Of a DNA stretch of 64,000 nucleotides, positions 28,324 to 37,678 are shown piece after piece. Position 1 is the stretch's first letter; each line of letters begins with the position of its first letter. The notes under the pieces were generated by a model, which was not told where the DNA came from, did not search any database, and was given only the letters and a program-made list of their open reading frames with translations. The position numbers were made by a program, and so were the translations under genes. The stretch lies in NCBI GenBank assembly GCA_964620965.1, contig CAZUHV010000003.1, positions 226,093 through 290,092 on the forward strand. Direction: 5' to 3'. Source of the stretch: an uncultured Pseudomonadales bacterium (lineage in GTDB: Bacteria; Patescibacteriota; Microgenomatia; UBA1400; PJMF01).

Positions 28324-29463
28324 ATGAGTACAGATACAAAATCGTTAGAGGCCCGAATCCCACGTTGGCAAACTGATCCAACTAATTCTGAAGTACAAAC
28401 AGCTTATAGGTATCCTGCCCATGAAAATAATTGGGTGTATGTATCGGATATTTTAGGTGACACTGGTTTTGATGTTGGCATATACAATTTTAGAGGGCAG
28501 TCAGAATTTGGTATCGCATGGCCTAGTGAAGCATTACAAAAGAAAGATTATTTTCAATTTTTTAATATCGCGAAAATTGTAATATCAACATTAAGACTCA
28601 ATGATGAAGTTTATACAACAAAGGTTTTACCTCAGATTTATACTTTTTTAGAAAAAACAACGGTCTACGAATTACTTTCAAAGAAAGAAAGCATTTCACA
28701 AGGGAACTCAGTTGTTCATCATATCCAAGAAGTTCCAAAGCTTGTAAATACGGCAGAATGTTCTATTCGAGAAAAGTTTGTTTTAAGAATGTCAGCAATT
28801 TTTCATGATTTTGGAAAAATGTTTGATATTGGTAGAGATCAATTACATTTCCATGCGTTGGTTTCTGCAGATATCTTTAAAAGATTTATGGCAGAGTACG
28901 AAGAACAAATTTTTGTACACCTTTTGGAAGTTGAAAAAAGAAACAATGGGCAGCAAGACGAGGCCATATTAAAAAAATCTTTTAGAGATGCAATTACTGA
29001 TACAACAGAAATTATTAGATTGCACCATGTGTTAGAACAAATTGATAAGAAAAGATTAGATCCAGAATTTGTCGCAGAGCTTTTTACACTTACAGGAGAT
29101 GAGGCTTTTGGATTTTTGCTTGGGTTATTTGTTGTCGCAGACGGTGGAAGTGTTATTCCAGATAATGAAAAATATGCGGTGTTTTTGGCACAGAACTTAG
29201 ATGCTTTAGCAAAAGTGATAGCAGTTTTGGAAACTGAAAACCAGTTTACTGAAGCAGAAGAGAGAAGTCCAGACAGTATAAAGTATATGTTTGTTCAGGC
29301 ATTGCAATATTTAATAGAACGACTCTCCAATATTCAAATTTCTGTGAAAGATCTAGCAGAGAAAATCAAAGCGAAAATTAGGGAAATTCAAGATACTTTA
29401 GATAGAGTTCTTGTTGTAGCTCTTTTGAGCTTGGAAGTGAGCGAAGAACCTGTGGTATCATAA
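28324..29463 (+). CDS. HD-domain protein
   Basis: VVHH...SAIFHDFGK...FHALVSA...RLHH...VADG. Confidence 0.75.
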   Translation: MSTDTKSLEARIPRWQTDPTNSEVQTAYRYPAHENNWVYVSDILGDTGFDVGIYNFRGQSEFGIAWPSEALQKKDYFQFFNIAKIVISTLRLNDEVYTTKVLPQIYTFLEKTTVYELLSKKESISQGNSVVHHIQEVPKLVNTAECSIREKFVLRMSAIFHDFGKMFDIGRDQLHFHALVSADIFKRFMAEYEEQIFVHLLEVEKRNNGQQDEAILKKSFRDAITDTTEIIRLHHVLEQIDKKRLDPEFVAELFTLTGDEAFGFLLGLFVVADGGSVIPDNEKYAVFLAQNLDALAKVIAVLETENQFTEAEERSPDSIKYMFVQALQYLIERLSNIQISVKDLAEKIKAKIREIQDTLDRVLVVALLSLEVSEEPVVS

Positions 29464-29471
29464 CAGTTGCT

Positions 29472-29519
29472 ATGATTAAATCACGTATTTCACAATTATC
29501 AGCATTTTCAACACTTTAA
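29472..29519 (+). CDS. Putative Ser-rich leader peptide (MIKSRISQLSAFSTL) upstream of glyA
   Basis: Four TCA codons at every third position; TGGTATCAT ends 10 nt before the ATG; terminator follows. Confidence 0.5.
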   Translation: MIKSRISQLSAFSTL

Positions 29520-29528
29520 TGTGTTTTT

Positions 29529-29553
29529 AGCGCATGAATAGTGCGTTTTTTTT
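29529..29553 (+). terminator. Terminator/attenuator hairpin
   Basis: AGCGCAT/GTGCGTT stem with T8; ATGTGTT(29519-29525) can compete for the 5' arm. Confidence 0.65.
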
Positions 29554-29690
29554 GTACAAAGTATGCAAAGCTTCCATACTTGCATTCAGTGGACAGATAT
29601 ATTTTTTTACACTACACTTGAGTCATTAAGAAGAGTACAAGCAGAAAAAATTAGGGTAGGTTGCAAAATACCTTTTCCCAGAAAGAAAAC

Positions 29691-31010
29691 ATGAAAGATC
29701 AAATTTTTAAATTAATTGAAGAAGAGCTACAAAGACAAAAGGAAATGATTGGGTTAATCCCTTCGGAAAACATTGTTTCTCCAGAAGTTTCTGAAGTTTT
29801 GTCTAGTTGTCTATCAAATAAATACTCAGAAGGCTATGCGGGAAGAAGGTATTATGAGGGGAGCCAAGTTGTTGATCAAATCGAGCTAATGGCAATTGAG
29901 CGCGTTAAAAAACTGTTTGGCGTTCCATATGTGAATGTTCAACCATACTCTGGATCTCCAGCCAACATGGCAATTTATTTTGCGTTGATGCAACCAGGAG
30001 AAACTTTAATGGGATTAAAACTTGCAATGGGAGGGCATCTTACTCACGGGCACCCAAAAGTGACCGGTTCGGGAAGGTTTTATAACTCTGTTCAGTATGG
30101 TTTGGGAAGTGACGCAAGAATTGATTTTGCTGAAGTGGGAAGGCTAGCATTAGAACATAAACCAACTGTGATTGTTGCAGGAAACACCGCCTATCCATTT
30201 GAGTTAGATTTTAAAAAGTTTAGAGAGATTGCTGATGAGGTTGGAGCTTGGTTAGTAGCGGATATTTCTCATGTCACAGGGCTTGTTGTTGCGGGAGAAC
30301 ATATGTCTCCGGTGCCATATGCAGATGTCATCATGACTACAACTCACAAGACATTTAGAGGTCCAAGAGGAGCAATGATTTTGGTTTCTGATCGTGGACT
30401 AAAAAGAGATCCAAAACTAGGTACAAAAATTGATTCTGCAATTATTCCAGGACTTCAGGGTGGACCACACAATGCAACTACTGCTGCAATCGCAATTGCT
30501 GCCGCTCAAGCTGCAACACCAGAATTTAAGAAGTATGCGAAGCAAATTAGAGTAAATGCTCAGGCGCTTGCAGCAGCCCTTAAGAAAAAAGGCTTACAGC
30601 TTGTTGGAGGTGGAACAGAAAATCACTTACTTTTAATTGATTTAACTCCATATGGAGTTGGATTTGGTACACAAGCAGCCTTTGCTATGGACGTAGCGGG
30701 AATGTATGCCAATAGAAATACTGTTCCAGACGAGCAGGGAAGCCCATTTTATCCAAGTGGTGTTCGTATTGGTACACCGTTGGTAACTACCAGAGGAATG
30801 AAAGAACCAGAGATGGAAAAAATTGCAGACTGGATTTATAGAGCAATAGATGCAGTAAAGAAATACCAACTTCCAGAAGATAAAAAAGCACGAACAAAGT
30901 TTCTTTCAAAGTTCAGAAGTGATGCACTGCAAAATACAGAATTGCTCGCTATTAGGGAAGAAGTGAAAGCACTTACAAAAAATTTTGAGATGTTCTGCAG
31001 TAAGGTTTAG
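29691..31010 (+). CDS. glyA: Serine hydroxymethyltransferase
   Basis: LIPSEN, NKYSEGY, NVQPYSGSPAN, GGHLTHG, TTTHKTFRGPRG, QGGP. Confidence 0.98.
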   Translation: MKDQIFKLIEEELQRQKEMIGLIPSENIVSPEVSEVLSSCLSNKYSEGYAGRRYYEGSQVVDQIELMAIERVKKLFGVPYVNVQPYSGSPANMAIYFALMQPGETLMGLKLAMGGHLTHGHPKVTGSGRFYNSVQYGLGSDARIDFAEVGRLALEHKPTVIVAGNTAYPFELDFKKFREIADEVGAWLVADISHVTGLVVAGEHMSPVPYADVIMTTTHKTFRGPRGAMILVSDRGLKRDPKLGTKIDSAIIPGLQGGPHNATTAAIAIAAAQAATPEFKKYAKQIRVNAQALAAALKKKGLQLVGGGTENHLLLIDLTPYGVGFGTQAAFAMDVAGMYANRNTVPDEQGSPFYPSGVRIGTPLVTTRGMKEPEMEKIADWIYRAIDAVKKYQLPEDKKARTKFLSKFRSDALQNTELLAIREEVKALTKNFEMFCSKV

Positions 31011-31015
31011 CGAAG

Positions 31016-31723
31016 TTAAGCTTTTGAACGTTTATACGCTCTAATTTGAATGAGGCCGCTGGTTTTGTGGATTTTCTCTTTAAGAATAGGAGTAGTGTTT
31101 TTGTAGAGTTCAACTTTGTGTGTTTGCTCAAGTAAATCGAGTAGTTTTTTAAGAGATTGAGTAGCATGAGTATGAAATTCAATATGCATTTCTTTGATAA
31201 GATGTAGAGAGTTTTTTGCTTCAAACAGTACTTTTTGTTCTGAACCCTCAATGTCTAGTTTTAGAAAATCAACTGGTTTTGTGACAAATTCGCTCAGTGT
31301 ATGTGTTGAAACAGTGACGCTGGTAGTTTTTTGAGAACCAACCCAAGATCCTTTATGAAAGCTTGCTGTAGAGTGCCATTGTTCGTTGGTTTCGTCTAAA
31401 AAGAGCTGTTCTTGGCCGGTTTGTTCAGAAAGGGCAGCCTGTATTGTGGTGACACCTGTAATTTGGTTTTCAAAGATATTTTTTTCAAGAAGCTGAAAAC
31501 TGCCTGGATTTGGCTCTATGGCAAGGATCTCAGCTCCAGGAAATAACTGTTTAAAATACAGTGTTGAGAGTCCAATGTGGGCTCCAGCATCAATGATATA
31601 CGGGGTAGGGTTTTCTGTTTCGAAATAGTAGCAGTCAGCAGTAAAAACTTCGCGCTTGAGCGTATGATACTCTTCGGAGTTATTGTAGTAGATAGTATAG
31701 TTTTGAAGGCGACTATTTTGCAT
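31016..31723 (-). CDS. FkbM-family methyltransferase
   Basis: IDAGAHIG, AIEPNP, LKLDIEGSE, IEFH. Confidence 0.9.
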   Translation of the reverse strand: MQNSRLQNYTIYYNNSEEYHTLKREVFTADCYYFETENPTPYIIDAGAHIGLSTLYFKQLFPGAEILAIEPNPGSFQLLEKNIFENQITGVTTIQAALSEQTGQEQLFLDETNEQWHSTASFHKGSWVGSQKTTSVTVSTHTLSEFVTKPVDFLKLDIEGSEQKVLFEAKNSLHLIKEMHIEFHTHATQSLKKLLDLLEQTHKVELYKNTTPILKEKIHKTSGLIQIRAYKRSKA

Positions 31724-32369
31724 TGTAGATAGAGCTATTATATTGGATTGCTTCAGCATTGTGTGGCAACTTTAGTTCTCCAAGCATGTGAAGCAGTGCA
31801 GGGATGTAACCCATTTTTTGTATAATCATTTCAGTCTCATGTAAGAGCTGAATTTGATGTGTGCGCTCAGTTTCTTGTTTTATGTGTGCTCGAGCACGTA
31901 GTAATTCTATTTCAGTTGAAATTAAATCTAAAATCTCTCCATGATCTTGAAGTGGTCGGTATGAAGTAACAGGTATTCCTAGATTTTTTCTTTTTCTATA
32001 GATATGAAATTCGGCAGGGTCAGCAACCGTACCAGCTAGCTCTCCGGTGAGCACTAAGTAGGTTGACTCATAAAAAGAATACGTTGTGCTTTTACCAAGT
32101 GATAGTCGCTCACTAAGGGATGTTTTTAAAATTCCCGTTGCATCAAGTGTTTTATCTGAATTATAGCTATAAATAAGTAGAGGTCTTACTACTTTTTGTT
32201 CCAGTTTTTTGTTCTTCTTTGAAATTTTATTGAGAAGAATAAGAAATGATAGAAATCTATGCTCAGCATAGGTACAAGCGGGTGAAGGATAACGGTGTTC
32301 CTTAGTTTCAGTATCTCGTACCCACCAAAGTTTTGGTTGTACTATTTCCGTATGACTAGTTGTTTTCAT
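31713..32369 (-). CDS. Hypothetical protein
   Basis: 218-aa ORF with TGTGATATAAT just upstream; overlaps the FkbM gene start. Confidence 0.6.
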   Translation of the reverse strand: MKTTSHTEIVQPKLWWVRDTETKEHRYPSPACTYAEHRFLSFLILLNKISKKNKKLEQKVVRPLLIYSYNSDKTLDATGILKTSLSERLSLGKSTTYSFYESTYLVLTGELAGTVADPAEFHIYRKRKNLGIPVTSYRPLQDHGEILDLISTEIELLRARAHIKQETERTHQIQLLHETEMIIQKMGYIPALLHMLGELKLPHNAEAIQYNSSIYNAK

Positions 32370-32513
32370 AAAAGGTAAATTATATCACAATATTGAAATT
32401 ATTGGGATATAAAAATATTTTTTTTCTAATAAATTGATTCTGATTTGGTTGAATGAACTATGTTTGATAGAATAAAAAATACGAAGTTTTATAGAACAAA
32501 AAAAGGAAAAAAT

Positions 32514-33374
32514 ATGGATAGAAAAATTGGGGCACATGTTTCTGCGAGTGGAGGATTAGATTTAGCAATAGAAAGAGCACATGCTATTGGGGCAAATTGC
32601 GCCCAAATTTTTTCCGGAAGTCCGCGTGTTTGGAAAAGAAAACCTTTAGCTGAATTTGATGTAAAAAAAATGTTTTCAAAAATTGATGAATTAAATGTTA
32701 AACCAATCTTTACTCACTCGCTCTATTTGGTTAATTTAGCAAGCGAAAAGCCAGATTTACTACGGAAAAGTTTCGATGTTTTAAAATATGATTTAGAGTT
32801 TGATAGCTTAATTAAGGGTTCGGGCATCATTGTGCATTTGGGAAGCCACACTGGTAGAGGTTGGGACGCAGTGAAAGAACAGGTCTCGCAGCAAATTGCA
32901 GAACTACTCAAGTTAACCCCAGATGATTCAACTTTTTTAATTGAAAATTCTGCAGGGCAGAGTGGGAAACTTTGTAGTGATCTGGCAGAAATCAAGTGGT
33001 TGCTTGACAGAGTGGCAATTGGTTCTTCTAGACTAGGCTGGTGCTTTGATACTTGTCATGGACATGCTGCAGGTTACAGTTTGGGTAAGGAACCAAGATC
33101 TCTAACAGGAAAGCTGTTGATTGAAGAAATCACTAAATATAGCCTCTGGGATACTTTAAAGTGTATTCATGTGAATGATAGCAAAGATACTTTTGATTCT
33201 GGAAGAGATCGACATGAAAATTTAGGAGAAGGAAATATCCCTACAGAAGATTTGCGCTACTTTTTGAACTACGAAAAAGTAAAAGAGATACCTCTTTTAC
33301 TTGAGGTACCAGGATTTGAAGGCACTGGTCCAGATGCAAAAAACGTTACATATTTAAAAAGTTTGTGTGAGTAA
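32514..33374 (+). CDS. nfo: Endonuclease IV
   Basis: IGAHVS, H..YLVNLAS, VHLGSH, IENSAG, CFDTCH, HVNDSK, DRHENLGEG. Confidence 0.96.
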   Translation: MDRKIGAHVSASGGLDLAIERAHAIGANCAQIFSGSPRVWKRKPLAEFDVKKMFSKIDELNVKPIFTHSLYLVNLASEKPDLLRKSFDVLKYDLEFDSLIKGSGIIVHLGSHTGRGWDAVKEQVSQQIAELLKLTPDDSTFLIENSAGQSGKLCSDLAEIKWLLDRVAIGSSRLGWCFDTCHGHAAGYSLGKEPRSLTGKLLIEEITKYSLWDTLKCIHVNDSKDTFDSGRDRHENLGEGNIPTEDLRYFLNYEKVKEIPLLLEVPGFEGTGPDAKNVTYLKSLCE

Positions 33375-33437
33375 ACACAGTATTTTTTTGTATTCAAGAA
33401 AGAATTATTCTTCTTCTTGAGATATACTATAGTTCCT

Positions 33438-34421
33438 ATGATTATTTTTGATGGAATTGCGTCAGCAAAACTGCGTGAAGAAAAATTAAAAGAAAAAATG
33501 AGTCAGCATATGTCTGACTCTAAACCTGTAATTGCTGCTATTTTGTTTATTGAAGATGCCGGCAGTAGACTTTATACAAACCTCAAGAGTGAAGCTGCAA
33601 AACGACTTGGAATAGAGTACAGGGTTTTTGAGTTTTCACTCAAGGATAGTGTCGAGACAATACAAACAAAGCTCGAAGAGCTTGGCAGAGATCCAGAAAT
33701 AACTGGAATAATTATTCAAAAACCATGGAGAAAGACTTGGTTAAGGGCTCAGAATGAAAATTTTTTGAAAGTAGTTGCCAACCAACCAGATCCAAGACGG
33801 TTTGAAAGAGATCAATATGCATCATGGTGGACAAAATTAACCTCATATATTGAAGAAACTAAAGATGTTGATGGTTTACATCCTATTACCATCCAACAAA
33901 TCTCAGAGGAAAACTGGCAAGAAATGGATAAGGTTTTGCCTGCAACAGCTCAGGCTGTTTTGGACATTCTTGATGAGGCTTTTGAACTGATTTCAAGAGA
34001 ACTCAAACTTGAAAAGACCCAGCAAATCTTTAATGGAAAATATATCATTCTTGGTAAGTCGGATTTGGTTGGTATTCCGTTGTTTTATGAGTTGAGAAGA
34101 CAAAATAAGGAAGTTGAAATTATCGCAAGCAAAGAACTTGAAGAAAGAAATAAGTCTGGACAAAAATTACTCGATGCATCTGTGATTATTTCTGCTACAG
34201 GAATTAAAGGACTAATAACTGGGGATATGGTTTCGGATAATGTTGTGATTATTGATGTTGGGGAACCACATGGAGATGTTGATTTAGAATCTGTAAAAAA
34301 TAAAGCTGCTTTCGTGACCCCTGTGCCTGGTGGAGTCGGTCCAATGACTGTTATTAGTTTATTGGGAAATTGTTCTAAGTTATGCGAATATAAAAGGCAG
34401 AGGGCTAAAACCCAGATTTAG
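33438..34421 (+). CDS. folD: Methylene-THF dehydrogenase/cyclohydrolase (divergent)
   Basis: YTNLK, KDVDGLHP, GKSDLVG, IDVG, GDVD, TPVPGGVGPMT. Confidence 0.9.
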   Translation: MIIFDGIASAKLREEKLKEKMSQHMSDSKPVIAAILFIEDAGSRLYTNLKSEAAKRLGIEYRVFEFSLKDSVETIQTKLEELGRDPEITGIIIQKPWRKTWLRAQNENFLKVVANQPDPRRFERDQYASWWTKLTSYIEETKDVDGLHPITIQQISEENWQEMDKVLPATAQAVLDILDEAFELISRELKLEKTQQIFNGKYIILGKSDLVGIPLFYELRRQNKEVEIIASKELEERNKSGQKLLDASVIISATGIKGLITGDMVSDNVVIIDVGEPHGDVDLESVKNKAAFVTPVPGGVGPMTVISLLGNCSKLCEYKRQRAKTQI

Positions 34422-34447
34422 TTTCAATAGTTTTTTTTAAATCTTTG

Positions 34448-34596
34448 TGATACAATACACCTCTAGTAAAAAATATTTGCGAGCGAGTTGAGACAGAAGT
34501 CCTGAATTACTCACTTAATCGCACTCTTTGCAGATTTGCTACGTTGGTTTAAATAACCCAAGTACAACTGCAAAAACAGAGAGGAAATAAGGACGT
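34448..34596 (+). promoter_or_regulatory. rpsB promoter and structured leader
   Basis: TGATACAAT 34448-34456; hairpins TGCGA/TCGCA (34478-34523) and TTTGCAG/CTGCAAA (34527-34574) before SD AAGGA. Confidence 0.55.
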
Positions 34597-35355
34597 ATGA
34601 AAATAGATTTTTCTAAACTTCCTAATTCAGCACCAGAGTATGACTTGATGACTCTACTCGAGGCTGGTTGTCACTTTGGACATCAAAAGGCTAAAAGACA
34701 TCCAAGAATGAATGAATACATCTTTGCTGAAAAAGATGGCGTTCACATTTTTGACTTGGCAATTACTGCAAAGCAATTACAAGTTGCATATAACTTTGTT
34801 TTTGATCAAGCTGTTAAAGGCAAGACCATGGTTATGGTTGGAACAAAGAAACAGGCGAAAGAATTGATTGAAGATGCAGCTAAAGAATGTGGAGCAGGTT
34901 ATATTACTTCAAGATGGCTTGGTGGTTTCTTAACCAACTGGTCTCAAGTCAAACGCTCGCTTAAAAGAATGCTTGATATTGAAGCAGGTTTAAAAACCGG
35001 TAAGTTTGATGGATACACCAAATTTGAAAAAGTTCAACTTGAAAAAGAAAGAATAAAATTATCTCGCTTTTTTGATGGTTTAAGAGATCTTAAAAAATCT
35101 CCAGACTTTTTGTTTGTTGTTGATATTAAAAGAGAAAAGAATGCTATTAAAGAAGCTCAGAGCATGGGTGTTCCTGTGGTAGCAATTGTTGACTCTAACT
35201 CTGATCCAGAAGGTATCGATATTGTTATTCCAGCAAATGATGACGCTTTAAGAAGTCTCTCATTCCTTATTGGTGAAATTAAAAAAGCTTACCAAGAAGG
35301 TCAAAAGGAAGCTGGCAAAGGTGGTAAAAAAGTAGAGGAAAAGGAAACAGAATAA
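34597..35355 (+). CDS. rpsB: 30S ribosomal protein S2
   Basis: LEAGCHFGH, VGTKKQA, RWLGGFLTNW, IPANDDA. Confidence 0.98.
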   Translation: MKIDFSKLPNSAPEYDLMTLLEAGCHFGHQKAKRHPRMNEYIFAEKDGVHIFDLAITAKQLQVAYNFVFDQAVKGKTMVMVGTKKQAKELIEDAAKECGAGYITSRWLGGFLTNWSQVKRSLKRMLDIEAGLKTGKFDGYTKFEKVQLEKERIKLSRFFDGLRDLKKSPDFLFVVDIKREKNAIKEAQSMGVPVVAIVDSNSDPEGIDIVIPANDDALRSLSFLIGEIKKAYQEGQKEAGKGGKKVEEKETE

Positions 35356-35822
35356 TGGCAAGTTACACTGCTCAAGACGTTAAAAAATTAAGAGAAGAAA
35401 CCGGTGCTGGAATGATGGATTGTAAAAAAGCATTAGACCAAGCAGATGGTAACTATGAAGAAGCAAAAGAGTTTGTCCGACAAAGAGGTTTAGCTATTGC
35501 AGAAAAGAAATCTGATAGAGAAACCAATGAAGGATATATTGCTTCATACGTTCACGCAAATAACAAAGTAGCTGCATTAGTTGAAATTCTTTGTGAAACA
35601 GACTTTGTTGCTAAGAATAGTGATTTTCAAGAAATGGCAAAAAATGTTGCAATGCACGTTGTCGCTATGAATCCAGAAACTGTCGAAGCGTTACTTTCAG
35701 ACCAATTTGTTAAAAACCCAGATATAACAGTTGAAGAACTTGTTAAAGGTGTTTCAGGCAAAATTGGAGAGAAATTTGTTGTTAACAGATTTGTTCGATA
35801 CGAAGTCGGAGAAGAAAAATAA
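35355..35822 (+). CDS. tsf: Elongation factor Ts (short form)
   Basis: VKKLREETGAGMMDCKKAL, CETDFVAK, KIGE; 155 aa. Confidence 0.96.
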   Translation: MASYTAQDVKKLREETGAGMMDCKKALDQADGNYEEAKEFVRQRGLAIAEKKSDRETNEGYIASYVHANNKVAALVEILCETDFVAKNSDFQEMAKNVAMHVVAMNPETVEALLSDQFVKNPDITVEELVKGVSGKIGEKFVVNRFVRYEVGEEK

Positions 35823-35841
35823 TTGCAAATTAATTTAAAAA

Positions 35842-35880
35842 GAGAAGGGCCCCGAAATCTGAAAGATGAGGGGCCTTTTC
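35842..35880. terminator. Terminator between convergent tsf and GT-C gene
   Basis: GAAGGGCCCC...GGGGCCTTTTC stem. Confidence 0.75.
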
Positions 35881-35920
35881 ATTATTTTGGGTCCGTTTTT
35901 TTGCAAAAAAATATGAATAC

Positions 35921-37597
35921 TTACTTCAATTTATATAAACACTTTTCTTGTGCACAGCTAATGAGTTGTAGGGCAGGTTGCAACTGTACCTGTTCTTTTA
36001 ATTTGGTTCTTGATGGTGCAAATATTTCTCCATGTTTGAACGAAGAGAGATTCATTTCGTCAAATAAGTCATAGTGGATTATTACAAGCTCGATATCTGC
36101 TTCTTTAAAGAGGTGGATAGTTTTGTTACTTGGAAACTCACTCCAAATAAGCGTATCGATATCATATTCTCTTGTTGGTGGAGCAAAACCACTGACTCCG
36201 TTGTATAGTTTTTTTTTATGAACTAATTGGTACAGCAAACGATCGTTTTCAAGGTATGCATATGGTGCCATTGACCAAGTAAATATCGGCAATTCAACAA
36301 GGTTTTTTTCTTGACGTTCCGCAACTTGCTCATATATTTGAGGGTGTTCGAGTGGAATAGGGTAGAGGTCTATACTTTTTTTACTGAACAGATACAAAAG
36401 AACTAGAATAGTAACAAAAAAAAGAATTTGCGATTTTTTATTTAGTTTTGTATGAGTAAAGAAATAGCCAAAAAGTATTGAAAGTCCAAAGTTAAATAAA
36501 ACTATCCATCGTGAACTATCTCTAAACGCTTTAAATCCTGGAACAATATAATACAAAACAGCATAGGGTAAGGGAATAGGAAGTGTTTCAAATAATTTGT
36601 ATGTTGCTCCATGTATTTTTAAAACGGGTCCTAATGAAAGCAGTGCTCCAGTTAGGGTGATTGCAATAATTGTGCTAAAGGACAGTATAGAGTTAGTTGC
36701 TAATTGTTCTTTTGTTTTCTTTTTTTGTGTAATGAAAAGTATTGTAAGAGCTATATAAAAGAGAATTTTTTCAAAGCTGAAAAAGTACTCAAAATTTTGA
36801 GAAAAATGAGCTGTATCTTGTATTGTTCTTACGTACATAAATGTTTTTGAATTTATAAAGTATGGCACATATATTGGTAATAAAAATATCAAGCTAATTG
36901 TCGAATAATATAAAATCAGAAATTTATTTTCAACAATTCTTAATTTCCATACATTCATTTTTTTTGAAATAAAAATTGAAACAAGTAATGGAATAAAAGC
37001 AAAAATGAGGAAAAATCCTGACATTGGAGAGTTGAGCATTTGGTATAAGAATCCAAAAAATACTAAGAGTAGCCAATACCAAGCATCAGTTTTGAGCCAC
37101 TTTATAAAAAAACAAAGTGTGAGAGGCAGACCGGCTAATAAATAAGATTGTAGGTGAACAATATAGTGTAGGTGCATTGATGAAAAGGTAAAAAAGAGGG
37201 CAGTGAGATGTGAAGCTAAAGTTGAAAACTTTAACTCTTTTGCAAGTAAATATGCAGAGATATACATGATCACTGTCCCAAAAAACAGATGCAGATTACT
37301 AATCAAAATTGGATTATTAGTGAAGTATAAAAATGGAATTGAGGATAGTGCAGTTGGAAGGAATGGATCAGAATAGGTAAGCGTATTTAAGTATGGGTAG
37401 AAAATTGGTAGGTTAAAGATGTTTTTTCCTTCGGAAATAAAAGATGCCACTGTATAAATTGTCCATGAAATAAAAACACCATCAGCTCTAGAAGCCAAGT
37501 GCGTTGAAAGAGTTTGTAAGACCGGGAATAAAAATGCACAACTAAAACAGAGTGCAACCATAAAAACGAAAGCGAGCTTAGATACTTTTTGTTTCAT
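35921..37597 (-). CDS. Multi-TM GT-C/YfhO-like glycosyltransferase
   Basis: More than 10 TM helices; D..F.SW, IFYP, VPGF..FR..SRW, NG.SGF.P motifs. Confidence 0.7.
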   Translation of the reverse strand: MKQKVSKLAFVFMVALCFSCAFLFPVLQTLSTHLASRADGVFISWTIYTVASFISEGKNIFNLPIFYPYLNTLTYSDPFLPTALSSIPFLYFTNNPILISNLHLFFGTVIMYISAYLLAKELKFSTLASHLTALFFTFSSMHLHYIVHLQSYLLAGLPLTLCFFIKWLKTDAWYWLLLVFFGFLYQMLNSPMSGFFLIFAFIPLLVSIFISKKMNVWKLRIVENKFLILYYSTISLIFLLPIYVPYFINSKTFMYVRTIQDTAHFSQNFEYFFSFEKILFYIALTILFITQKKKTKEQLATNSILSFSTIIAITLTGALLSLGPVLKIHGATYKLFETLPIPLPYAVLYYIVPGFKAFRDSSRWIVLFNFGLSILFGYFFTHTKLNKKSQILFFVTILVLLYLFSKKSIDLYPIPLEHPQIYEQVAERQEKNLVELPIFTWSMAPYAYLENDRLLYQLVHKKKLYNGVSGFAPPTREYDIDTLIWSEFPSNKTIHLFKEADIELVIIHYDLFDEMNLSSFKHGEIFAPSRTKLKEQVQLQPALQLISCAQEKCLYKLK

Positions 37598-37678
37598 TCT
37601 TATTCTTTTCTATTTTAATTTTTCTTTTGGAATATACCAAATAAATACGTATTGCTCAATGTTGTATAGTGTTTATGT

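Noticed and set aside
29560-29690. ZTP or glycine riboswitch before glyA
   Set aside because: Conserved motifs of either class are absent.
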